DNA from: Phormidium sp. | GTDB taxonomy: Bacteria > Cyanobacteriota > Cyanobacteriia > Cyanobacteriales > Aerosakkonemataceae | Length of the DNA: 64,000 nt | Direction: 5' to 3' | Assembly (NCBI GenBank): GCA_051013385.1 | Contig: CP143273.1 | Span: 864,001-928,000 of the forward strand | Part shown: one piece after another, positions 14,481-23,029 of the stretch | Position numbering within the stretch: position 1 is the first letter of the stretch | How the letters are laid out: every line of letters begins with the position of its first letter | Translations under genes and position numbers: made by a program | Notes under the pieces: model-generated | Databases searched by the model: none | What the model was told of the DNA's origin: nothing | The model's input: only the letters and a program-made list of their open reading frames with translations

Positions 14481-14894
14481 ATGATAGAAGAAAAAATTTC
14501 TACAGTAACGATTAGCGGTAAGAAAGTTCCCGTAACTTTAAAAGGAGATGGCGGTCAATACTCTCGAATAGTTTTAGGTAGTTCTGCTGCACAAGATCTA
14601 ATTTTTAAGTTGGTTGGTCGAGCATTAGCAACTCCAGTTAAAGCATTGTCTATCGTTATTAGTGAGGGATATATTGATATAATTGCAACTTTTACTGAGA
14701 TGGGTACAGAACTACACAGAATAAAGCTAGAAGCTGAAATGCAAAAGATGCACGATGTTCTGGAAGCTTTTGGCTCGGAAATTAGCGATCTTGCTAGTCT
14801 TCCATATACAGATCAAACTAAGAAGTTATATGAAGAGAGGCTTTTACAAAGAATGGATCAAAGGCTGAAGCGTTTCCAGAATGATAAGATCTAG
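14481..14894 (+). CDS. hypothetical protein
   Basis: SD AGGAG upstream; helical C-terminus. Confidence 0.6.
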   Translation: MIEEKISTVTISGKKVPVTLKGDGGQYSRIVLGSSAAQDLIFKLVGRALATPVKALSIVISEGYIDIIATFTEMGTELHRIKLEAEMQKMHDVLEAFGSEISDLASLPYTDQTKKLYEERLLQRMDQRLKRFQNDKI

Positions 14895-14906
14895 CTATTC
14901 TCCTGA

Positions 14907-15164
14907 GTGCAAAATTTCAAACAATCTGTCTTGGAGTCAATAACCATGCGACAAAATAATGACCATTTGAATCAGATATCTTACTCCTTAGTGAGAGTCA
15001 GCAGCAGTAAAATCCGTAAGTACGATCATAGCCTTGCTACTGGAATTGTACTTGCTCCTTATTCTGCTTATCAGTCAGCGGTAGTTGCTGTAGAACACGC
15101 AGCTAACAAAAGCGATGTCAAAAGGATTAAGTTTGAAACTTTGTGGGATACGACTTTCGGCTAA
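14907..15164 (+). CDS. hypothetical protein
   Basis: Last ORF of the apparent operon; start uncertain. Confidence 0.4.
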   Translation: MQNFKQSVLESITMRQNNDHLNQISYSLVRVSSSKIRKYDHSLATGIVLAPYSAYQSAVVAVEHAANKSDVKRIKFETLWDTTFG

Positions 15165-15314
15165 ACAAGAAGAGTGTTAAAGACAGTAGATAACATCGAA
15201 GGAGAAGAATCGTCGCACTTTCCCCCTCCATCAAACTAAGTGGTTTTGGATTGTGCGATCGCACTTTAACTTTCTGAAGATAGCTGAATTTCAATTAATT
15301 CATTACCTAAAAGT

Positions 15315-16181
15315 TCACGCCAAATTTTCCAACCAAGCAGTTAAATCATCTGGGGATGAAAAATCTAACAACGCTTCTGCTAATTCCTCTAATTGAGTAA
15401 TTGATAAAGCACGAACTCTCTCTTCTGTGCTGGGTGCAACTTCTCCCACCCGTCGCTGCAACTGGCGCAAAATTACTAACACTTCCCGTTGTAAACCTTG
15501 TTGTAAACCTTGTTGTAAACCTTGTTGTAAACCGCGTTGAACGCCTTTTTGAAGTATTTCTTGATAAAACAAAGATTCTTGCATATTATCCTCCCGAAAT
15601 AGCTGACCGATCAGATTTGGTTTATGCAGTAATCCTGACATTACTGCGGTACAAACTAATATTTCTCTTCGCTGTGTGGGGTCTTGTATTAATTCTACTC
15701 TTGCTGCTACTTTTTGTAACAATTCTCTTGGTGATTCACTGCGAGTTAGAGGTGCTAGGGGTAGCAAGGCGGGCTCTGCTAAAAACAATTCTGAGTCTTC
15801 TTCCCATAACCGAATTATGCGATAAGAATGTATTGTGTTTGCTTCCTGAAATCTGTCTATGAGAACTAGGGGTGAATCTATACGTTGCAGGAAAATTACT
15901 ACTTGTTCTATTTTACATCTGTATTTTCCATAAAGGCGCACCCAGTAGTTGAGCATCCGTTCGGGAATTGGTGGATCTGAATAAGGTAATTTTTCAAATT
16001 CTAAGTGTAAGATTGTGTTGCCGAATCGTAATAAAATTAAGGAATCTGCTCTAATTGGTTCGGCAGGTAATTCGGTTTTAAGGATTTCGACTGTGGTAAA
16101 TTCCTCATTAGGTAATAACCAGCGAACGAAACTGGCTGGATTTTGGGAGGCGATGTATTTACAGGTGTTATCGTAAGCCAA
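15315..16181 (-). CDS. Rpn family (recombination-promoting nuclease/putative transposase) with DUF4351-type C-terminus, copy A
   Basis: YDNTCK, RADSL, LHLEF PD-(D/E)XK-like core; (GLQQ)n linker; LEELAEALLDF. Confidence 0.85.
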   Translation of the reverse strand: MAYDNTCKYIASQNPASFVRWLLPNEEFTTVEILKTELPAEPIRADSLILLRFGNTILHLEFEKLPYSDPPIPERMLNYWVRLYGKYRCKIEQVVIFLQRIDSPLVLIDRFQEANTIHSYRIIRLWEEDSELFLAEPALLPLAPLTRSESPRELLQKVAARVELIQDPTQRREILVCTAVMSGLLHKPNLIGQLFREDNMQESLFYQEILQKGVQRGLQQGLQQGLQQGLQREVLVILRQLQRRVGEVAPSTEERVRALSITQLEELAEALLDFSSPDDLTAWLENLA

Positions 16182-16308
16182 GTTTTTGCTTTTCTGTGAG
16201 CGGAGTTTACGGTTTTTTAGATTATACTTGCTCTCGATAAAGTTGGGGAAAAAATGGGGATAATTCTATATATTGTTGTGTCGATCGCACTTCCTCCCCT
16301 TCATCAAA

Positions 16309-16659
16309 CTAAGTTATTTTGGATTGTGCGATCGCCTTCTTTTCCTGAAGCATACTAAAGCTACCGTAAACAATCGAAATTTCAAAAATATCTGTATGAA
16401 TCAAAGCAGGTTTTAAGTGTGCTGCTTCACCCAAATGAATACCAATTAAATCTGCTAATTCTGACTCTACTTCCTCTTCATCGTGAACATCCCATCTGAT
16501 TTCACGACAATCTTTAAATACTAGCGAATAAGGTAAGCGATCGCCTGTTGGATCGTATAAGCATTGAACTAACACCTCAGTACCCCAACGATAAATTTTT
16601 ACATTTGTTACCAGAGATGTAAGTCCACCTAAACCTAGCAAATTATAATCGTCAGCCAT
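16309..16659 (-). CDS. acidic hypothetical protein, immunity-like (copy 2)
   Basis: Near-identical to 17808-18158; likely true start MADDYN; the listed N-terminal extension is just translation of the repeat. Confidence 0.65.
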   Translation of the reverse strand: MADDYNLLGLGGLTSLVTNVKIYRWGTEVLVQCLYDPTGDRLPYSLVFKDCREIRWDVHDEEEVESELADLIGIHLGEAAHLKPALIHTDIFEISIVYGSFSMLQEKKAIAQSKIT

Positions 16660-16785
16660 ACTTATAAATAGGAGGAAACGAGAGTGAAAGGCGATCGCAC
16701 TTTCTCCCCCCTCCATCAAACTAAGTTGTTTTGGATTGTGCGATCGCATCTTAGCTAAATTTATTTGATTCCCCAACCTAAAAGG

Positions 16786-17679
16786 TTACTTTAAATTCTG
16801 CAACCAAGTAATCAAATCATCTGGTGATGAGAAATCTAGCAACGCTTCCGCTAATTCTTCCAATTGAGAAATAGATAAAGTGCAAATTCTGTCTTCTGTA
16901 CTGATGGGAATTTCTCCCACTCGCCGCCTAAGTAAACGCAGAGTTTGTAGAAGTGCCTGCTGTTTTTGTCCTTGTTCTATACCTTGCTGTAAGCCTTGTT
17001 GTAAACCCTGTTGTAAACCTTGTTGTAAACCGCGTTGAACGCCTTTTTGAAGTATTTCTTGATAAAACAAAGATTCTTGCATATTATCCTCCCGAAATAG
17101 CTGACTAATCAGATTTGGTTTATGCAGCAATCCTGACATTACTGCGGTACAAACTAGTATTTCTCTTCGCTGTGTGGGGTCTTGGATTAATTCTACTCTT
17201 GCTGCTACTTCCTGCAACAATTCTCTTGGTGATTCGCTGCGAGTTAGAGGTGCTAAAGGTAGCAAGGCGGGCTCTGCTAAAAACAATTCTGAGTCTTCTT
17301 CCCATAACCGAATTATGCGATAAGAATGTATTGTGTTTGCTTCCTGAAATCTGTCTATGAGAACTAGGGGTGAATCTATACGTTGCAGGAAAATTACTAC
17401 TTGTTCTATTTTACATCTGTATTTTCCATAAAGGCGTACCCAATAGTTGAGCATCCGTTCGGGAATTGGGGGGTCTGAATAAGGTAATTTTTCAAATTCT
17501 AGGTGTAAGATTGTGTTGCCGAATCTTAATAAAATTAAGGAATCTGCTCTAATTGGTTCGGCGGGTAATTCGGTTTTGAGGATTTCGACTGTGGTGAATT
17601 CCTCATGAGGTAATAACCAGCGAACGAAACTGGCTGGATTTTGGGAGGCGATGTATTTGCAGGTGTTATCGTAAGCCAA
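16786..17679 (-). CDS. Rpn/DUF4351 protein, copy B
   Basis: N-terminal ~215 aa almost identical to copies A and C; divergent C-terminal domain. Confidence 0.85.
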   Translation of the reverse strand: MAYDNTCKYIASQNPASFVRWLLPHEEFTTVEILKTELPAEPIRADSLILLRFGNTILHLEFEKLPYSDPPIPERMLNYWVRLYGKYRCKIEQVVIFLQRIDSPLVLIDRFQEANTIHSYRIIRLWEEDSELFLAEPALLPLAPLTRSESPRELLQEVAARVELIQDPTQRREILVCTAVMSGLLHKPNLISQLFREDNMQESLFYQEILQKGVQRGLQQGLQQGLQQGLQQGIEQGQKQQALLQTLRLLRRRVGEIPISTEDRICTLSISQLEELAEALLDFSSPDDLITWLQNLK

Positions 17680-17807
17680 GGTTTTGCTTTTTTGTGGGCA
17701 GATTTTCCCTTTTTTTAGATTATACTTGATCCCGATAAACTTGGATAAAAAAATCGGGATTATTTTCGACTTTGCTGTGGCGATCGCACTTTCCCCCCTC
17801 CATCAAA

Positions 17808-18158
17808 CTAAGTTGTTTTGGATCGTGCGATCGCCTTCTTTTCCTGAAGCACACTAAAACTACCGTAAACAATCGAAATTTCAAAAATATCTGTATGAAT
17901 TAAAGCTGGTTTTAGGTGTGCTGCTTCACCCAAATGAATACCAATTAAATCTGCTAATTCTGACTCTACTTCTTCTTCATCGTGAACATCCCATCTGATT
18001 TCACGACAATCTTTAAATACTAGCGAATAAGGTAAGCGATCGCCTCTTGGATCGTACAAGCATTCAACTAACACCTCCGTACCCCACCGAGAAATTTTTA
18101 CATTTGTTACCAGAGATGTAAGTCCACCTAAACCTAGTAAATTATAATCATCAGCCAT
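17808..18158 (-). CDS. acidic hypothetical protein, immunity-like (copy 1)
   Basis: Starts 1 bp after the stop of the upstream toxin-like ORF. Confidence 0.65.
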   Translation of the reverse strand: MADDYNLLGLGGLTSLVTNVKISRWGTEVLVECLYDPRGDRLPYSLVFKDCREIRWDVHDEEEVESELADLIGIHLGEAAHLKPALIHTDIFEISIVYGSFSVLQEKKAIARSKTT

Positions 18159-18159
18159 A

Positions 18160-18501
18160 CTAATTACTCACTTTTTCTCCAGTATTGTGTGTATTAACAA
18201 TATGATTGCCAAATTGATCTAGAGTTGATAACAAACTGCCATCTTTACCCAAGCGTAGCCCTTTATTAATATTTTTGCCATCTGAGTCATATCTCGGCGC
18301 GGGTATGCGTACCACTTCGCCATCAGGACGGATGATTACTTTTGAGCGATCGGGAAATTTATATTCAACATAACCACCCTGAGTAATTTTGACATTTGCA
18401 CCAAGTCGAGATAAAAAGTTATTTACTTCTTGGCGAGTTAGTCCAGTTAAATCTCCAAATTCAGATGCAATACCATTTCCACCTACTCCTGAACTCGACA
18501 C
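18160..18501 (-). CDS. hypothetical protein resembling a stand-alone polymorphic-toxin tip domain
   Basis: Probable GTG start at 18501 after AAGGT; Gly-rich start, YKFPDRSKVIIRPDG, C-terminal THNTGE. Confidence 0.45.
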   Translation of the reverse strand: MSSSGVGGNGIASEFGDLTGLTRQEVNNFLSRLGANVKITQGGYVEYKFPDRSKVIIRPDGEVVRIPAPRYDSDGKNINKGLRLGKDGSLLSTLDQFGNHIVNTHNTGEKVSN

Positions 18502-18638
18502 GCAATTACCTTTTAGGAGAAAAAGAGAACAAAAGGCGATCGCACTTCCCTCCATCAAACTAAGTTGTTTTGGATTGTGCGATCGCACTTTAACTTTCTG
18601 AGGATAGATGAACTTCAATTAATTCATTACCTAAAAGG

Positions 18639-19493
18639 TTACGTCAAATTTTCCAACCAAGCAGTTAAATCAGCTGGGGATGAAAAATCTAACAACGCTT
18701 CTGCTAATTCCTCCAATTGAGTAATTGATAAAGCACGAATTCTCTCTTCTGTGCTGGGTGCAACTTCTCCCACCCGTCGCTGTAACTGGCGCAAAATTAC
18801 TAACACTTCCCGTTGTAAACCTTGTTGTAAACCTTGTTGTAAACCGCGTTGAACGCCTTTTTGAAGTATTTCTTGATAAAACAAAGATTCTTGCATATTA
18901 TCCTCCCGAAATAACTGACTAATCAGATTTGGTTTATGGAGCAATCCTGACATTACTGCGGTACAAACTAGTATTTCTCGACGCTGTGAGGGGTCTTGGA
19001 TTAATTCTACTCTTGCTGCTACTTCTTGTAACAATTCTCTTGGGGAGTCGCTGCGAGTTAGAGGTGCTAGGGGTAGCAAGGCGGGCTCTGCTAAAAACAA
19101 TTCTGAGTCTTCTTCCCATAACCGAATTATGCGATAAGAATGTATTGTGTTTGCTTCCTGAAATCTGTCTATGAGAACTAGGGGTGAATCTATACGTTGC
19201 AGGAAAATTACTACTTGTTCTATTTTACATCTGTATTTTCCATAAAGGCGCACCCAGTAGTTGAGCATCCGTTCGGGAATTGGGGGGTCTGAATAAGGTA
19301 ATTTTTCAAATTCTAGGTGTAAGATTGTGTTGCCGAATCGTAATAAAATTAAGGAATCTGCTCTAATTGGTTCGGCGGGTAATTCGGTTTTGAGGATTTC
19401 GACTGTGGTGAATTCCTCATGAGGTAATAACCAGCGAACGAAGCTGGCTGGATTTTGGGAGGCGATGTATTTGCAGGTGTTATCGTAGGCCAA
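18639..19493 (-). CDS. Rpn/DUF4351 protein, copy C
   Basis: Same motifs as copy A. Confidence 0.85.
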   Translation of the reverse strand: MAYDNTCKYIASQNPASFVRWLLPHEEFTTVEILKTELPAEPIRADSLILLRFGNTILHLEFEKLPYSDPPIPERMLNYWVRLYGKYRCKIEQVVIFLQRIDSPLVLIDRFQEANTIHSYRIIRLWEEDSELFLAEPALLPLAPLTRSDSPRELLQEVAARVELIQDPSQRREILVCTAVMSGLLHKPNLISQLFREDNMQESLFYQEILQKGVQRGLQQGLQQGLQREVLVILRQLQRRVGEVAPSTEERIRALSITQLEELAEALLDFSSPADLTAWLENLT

Positions 19494-19591
19494 GGTTTTT
19501 CTGTTTGGCGAGGAGTAGTTTATATTATATTTCTTGTTGCCATGTTTTACCTCATTTGATACTAAATGAATTAATTTTACAAAATAGCTGC

Positions 19592-20932
19592 TTAGGAAAT
19601 TTTGCTTTTTAGTAAATAAGTTTTCATGTCTCCTCTGCCTTTGACATGGATAATTCCCCGTTCTACAAAGTTGTAATGATTCTTTAGTAATTCGTAAGTT
19701 TCACTGGTAACTTGTATGCTGCCTGGTATGCCGTGAGATTCCATGCGACTGGCAATATTTACTGTGTCTCCCCACAAATCATAAATAAATTTTTTCAAAC
19801 CAATTACTCCGGCAACTACTGGGCCATTATTAATGCCAATTCTAATTTGAAAGTTTTGATTATTTTCAGTATTAAATTTGGCTAATTCTTGTTGCATATC
19901 TAAAGCCATTTCTGCGATCGCAAGTGCATGATCTTGCCGAGGCATTGGTAGTCCAGCAACTACCATGTAAGCATCACCAATGGTTTTGATTTTTTCTAAA
20001 TCATGCTTTTCGGCTAATTGGTCAAACAGTGAGAAAATTTTATTGAGTAATTCCACCATTTCTGTTGGGGGAATTTTGGTTGATAATTCAGTAAAACCGA
20101 CAATATCAGCGAATAAAACGGAAGCTTCACTAAAATGTTCGGCTAAAGTTCCACTAGATTGTTTGAGACGATGTGCGATCGATTGGGGTAAAATATTCAG
20201 TAATAAACGTTCCGATTGTTCTTGTTCAATTGCTAATTGCTGATAAGCTACTTCCATTTGACGACGAGATCTAAACTCGGAAAGCTGCAAACGTTCGTAT
20301 AAATAAACAGACAAATCGCAAACAAAACCAACCCAAAACATATACAAAGCTAACAAGGATGTAGTCATCCAAGGTGCAGGCATGGTAGCAGCTTTACCTA
20401 ACAAAAACTGAATGCTAACATAGTAAGTCAAAACTCCCAACTGTGTTGTTAAGTGTAACTGCCAACACACAGGAATTAAGGTAGCCATGCCAAAAAATGC
20501 TAAAGGCCACCCTAAAATATCAGCTTCGATTTTACCTGCAAAAATTGTGTTTATGATTGGTGGAATTAAGGTGACAGACCAAGCAAAAGCCAGAAAAATT
20601 ATGCTGGGATAACGCCGACCGAATTTAGTTTTTAGTAAGAGTAAACAAGTTAATAAGCTTAATTCCTCAGTGATATAAGTAACCAGAACTAAAAATTGGA
20701 AAATTTCTGGATTGAAGAAAAAATTTCTGATTTCTAAGGCGATAAAAGTTAGCAGTCCGATTAAAGCAAGTTGTAAATTTAACTGCAACCGCTTGCGGAG
20801 AAACTCCCGCCGCCATCTTTGGTAATCAGCTGCTTCCACCTGAGTCTGCGCTTGGTGTCCTAGCAGATTTTGGATTAGAGAAGCCCATTGATTTCTGTTT
20901 AGTAGTTGCCGCATCCTGATTGCTAAACCCAA
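19592..20932 (-). CDS. membrane-bound class III adenylate/guanylate cyclase
   Basis: TM helices; LFADIVGFT, KIKTIGDAYM, YDLWGDTVNIASRMES. Confidence 0.9.
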   Translation of the reverse strand: MGLAIRMRQLLNRNQWASLIQNLLGHQAQTQVEAADYQRWRREFLRKRLQLNLQLALIGLLTFIALEIRNFFFNPEIFQFLVLVTYITEELSLLTCLLLLKTKFGRRYPSIIFLAFAWSVTLIPPIINTIFAGKIEADILGWPLAFFGMATLIPVCWQLHLTTQLGVLTYYVSIQFLLGKAATMPAPWMTTSLLALYMFWVGFVCDLSVYLYERLQLSEFRSRRQMEVAYQQLAIEQEQSERLLLNILPQSIAHRLKQSSGTLAEHFSEASVLFADIVGFTELSTKIPPTEMVELLNKIFSLFDQLAEKHDLEKIKTIGDAYMVVAGLPMPRQDHALAIAEMALDMQQELAKFNTENNQNFQIRIGINNGPVVAGVIGLKKFIYDLWGDTVNIASRMESHGIPGSIQVTSETYELLKNHYNFVERGIIHVKGRGDMKTYLLKSKIS

Positions 20933-21272
20933 GTTGAAGCTAAATTTAAGACCATCATAGGCTATGGGTTGAGGTAGCTAAGATTTTATTAGGGTCAACT
21001 GTTGCGAAAGTTAGGTAAATATCTGGCTCTATCTTGCTGGGATATGACAGTTGGCACATTGTCTACTTTCAGGTGGATCGCCCAAGTCAGCAAAAAACAA
21101 TTATTCTTTCTACCATTCCTGCTATTTGCGGAAACTATAGCTAAGAATCAAGCCAGCTTACTCTTCAGTCAGATTAAAGACTGACACAGGAGCCCAGGAA
21201 AAAGCCAAGGATATTTACTATTTTTAAATTAAGGACGAGCAACAAAGACAGTAACAAAGAGAGTAATCACAA

Positions 21273-21524
21273 ATGCAAAAAGATATTAATGCACCAATGG
21301 CAGCTGTAGTCAACGACATCGAAGCTTTAATTACCGAAATCGATAAAAATCCTCAGATGTCCTCTTGGGTGATTAGACTAGTACTGAAAACAATTAAAGA
21401 AAAAGCCCGCAAAACAGCGTTAGATAACCAAGCTAATGTTACTAATTTTAATCAAACACCTCATTTTGAATTTTTAACTAATTCATCAGCAATTAGTCCG
21501 GCAAAAATCACAAGTGTAAATTAG
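21273..21524 (+). CDS. hypothetical protein
   Basis: 83-aa ORF with plausible composition. Confidence 0.5.
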   Translation: MQKDINAPMAAVVNDIEALITEIDKNPQMSSWVIRLVLKTIKEKARKTALDNQANVTNFNQTPHFEFLTNSSAISPAKITSVN

Positions 21525-21545
21525 AGTTTACCCTAAGTTAATCCA

Positions 21546-22643
21546 TTAAGAACCAGGTTGATTTTTGGGTGCTTTAGGATCAAAGTGAGATTTGACTTGT
21601 TCTAATTCAATATCAATCTGACTCTTTGATTTTGCCGTTCCTAAAAATTGCGATCGCAGTTCCTCTAAATCTTTATCAACTGGACTATTCGCTGATTTAT
21701 TTATTGTCTTGTTGGCAGGTGCAGGTGGGGGAGTTTTTAACGGAGGTTGGCTGGGTGTGACTGAAGTTGGCGAATTTAAATCTTTGAGAACTTCGGCGGC
21801 TGATTGATAACGTTTGTTGATAGCATTTTCTAGCATTTTATCTAAAATACTACCAAGTGAATTACTAACTGGACGTTGTAAAAATTTCCGCCAAACCCAG
21901 GTATCTTCTTCCAAATTATATAGGTCGAAAGGTGACATTCTTGTTAATAAATGAATGCAAGTGACACCTAAACTATAAATATCACTAGAAAAAACGGCTT
22001 TACCACGCGACTGTTCTGGTGCTACATATTCCGGGCTACCAATACTAGTCCCGGTTTTTTGTAGGGCAGTACCAGCAGTAGTTTTAGCTGCACCAAAATC
22101 AACCAAAAACAACTTATTATCGCTGGTTCTTCTAATTATATTGTCTGGCTTAATATCGCGATGAATTACTTGGCGACTATGAACAAATTGCATAATTGGT
22201 AATAAATCATTTAACAATTGGCAAATTTGTGTTTCATTAAAAGCGCCTTTTTGGTTTAATTCTTGGGATAAAGTTTGCCCATCAATGAATTCTTGAATTA
22301 GATATTGCTGGTTATCTTGAGTGAAATAAGCTAGTAATTCTGGAATTTGCGGATGTTTACCTAATTCATCTAATTGTACTGCTTCTTGATTAAATAATTC
22401 TGCTGCTTTTTGGGCGTTATTTGTACCTTGGGCTAAAGGTAAAAATTGTTTAATTACGCAGGGAGGTTTAGATGGTTTATCTTCATCTATTGCTAAAAAT
22501 GTTCTGCCAAAACCTCCTTGTCCAATAGGTTTTATTGCTCGATAACGTTCTCTTAGCAAAAGTTTTGCGCCGCAGGTAACACAAAAGTTTGTAGTTCCAG
22601 GGTTTTGGGGATTTGGGCAATTAGGATTGAGGCAGTAACTCAT
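21546..22643 (-). CDS. Hanks-type Ser/Thr kinase with N-terminal 4-Cys module
   Basis: CLNPNC..C..C, GQGGFG, HRDIKPDN, DFG, APE. Confidence 0.95.
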   Translation of the reverse strand: MSYCLNPNCPNPQNPGTTNFCVTCGAKLLLRERYRAIKPIGQGGFGRTFLAIDEDKPSKPPCVIKQFLPLAQGTNNAQKAAELFNQEAVQLDELGKHPQIPELLAYFTQDNQQYLIQEFIDGQTLSQELNQKGAFNETQICQLLNDLLPIMQFVHSRQVIHRDIKPDNIIRRTSDNKLFLVDFGAAKTTAGTALQKTGTSIGSPEYVAPEQSRGKAVFSSDIYSLGVTCIHLLTRMSPFDLYNLEEDTWVWRKFLQRPVSNSLGSILDKMLENAINKRYQSAAEVLKDLNSPTSVTPSQPPLKTPPPAPANKTINKSANSPVDKDLEELRSQFLGTAKSKSQIDIELEQVKSHFDPKAPKNQPGS

Positions 22644-22728
22644 AATATTTTACCAATTAATTAATGATGGGGTATAGCATATTATAAAACTTACAGGACT
22701 TATGCAAGTGTCAGATTTGGATCGAATT

Positions 22729-23014
22729 GTAGGGTGCGTCAGACATTAAATTTGATTGAAAGAATCAGGGTTTTAGCGTCTGACGCACCCTACTGTAGGT
22801 GCAAATAAATAAAGTGATAATAGTTATCTAAGGATAGGGCGGGCAGGATGCCCACCCCACAAGAGTTACAGCTTTCTTGTGGGGTGGGCATCCTGCCCGC
22901 AAAAGGTTTTCACTTTATTTATATCTACCTACTTATTGCAAAACCCTGTAGAGACGTTATATATAACGTCTCTACATTTATGAGATATATAATGTCTCTA
23001 CATTATGGGTAATC
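22729..23014. repeat. cluster of palindromic REP-like repeats
   Basis: GTAGGGTGCGTCAGAC...GTCTGACGCACCCTAC; GGCAGGATGCCCACCCCACAAGA...TCTTGTGGGGTGGGCATCCTGCC; TGTAGAGACGTTATATATAACGTCTCTACA. Confidence 0.85.
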
Positions 23015-23029
23015 TTGCTGGACATGATA

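Larger units (their letters stand above)
15213..18586. repeat. five copies of a ~50-55 bp HIP1-bounded direct repeat (about 15213-15262, 16282-16335, 16691-16747, 17780-17834, 18536-18586)
   Basis: Consensus GCGATCGCACTT(T/C)nCTCCATCAAACTAAGTTGTTTTGGATTGTGCGATCGC; left HIP1 degenerate in the first two copies. Confidence 0.9.

Noticed and set aside
16660..16776. N-terminal extensions of ORFs 16309-16776 and 18160-18618 (RSHNPKQLSLMEG)
   Set aside because: They are translations of the HIP1-bounded repeat, not true coding sequence
15213..18586. Possible CRISPR array from the recurring ~55-bp repeat
   Set aside because: Intervals are about 350-1030 bp and contain genes; no cas genes in the window
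15401..19174. Repeated hydrophobic plus-strand ORFs (15401, 17115, 18725, 18929)
   Set aside because: Antisense shadows of the triplicated Rpn genes
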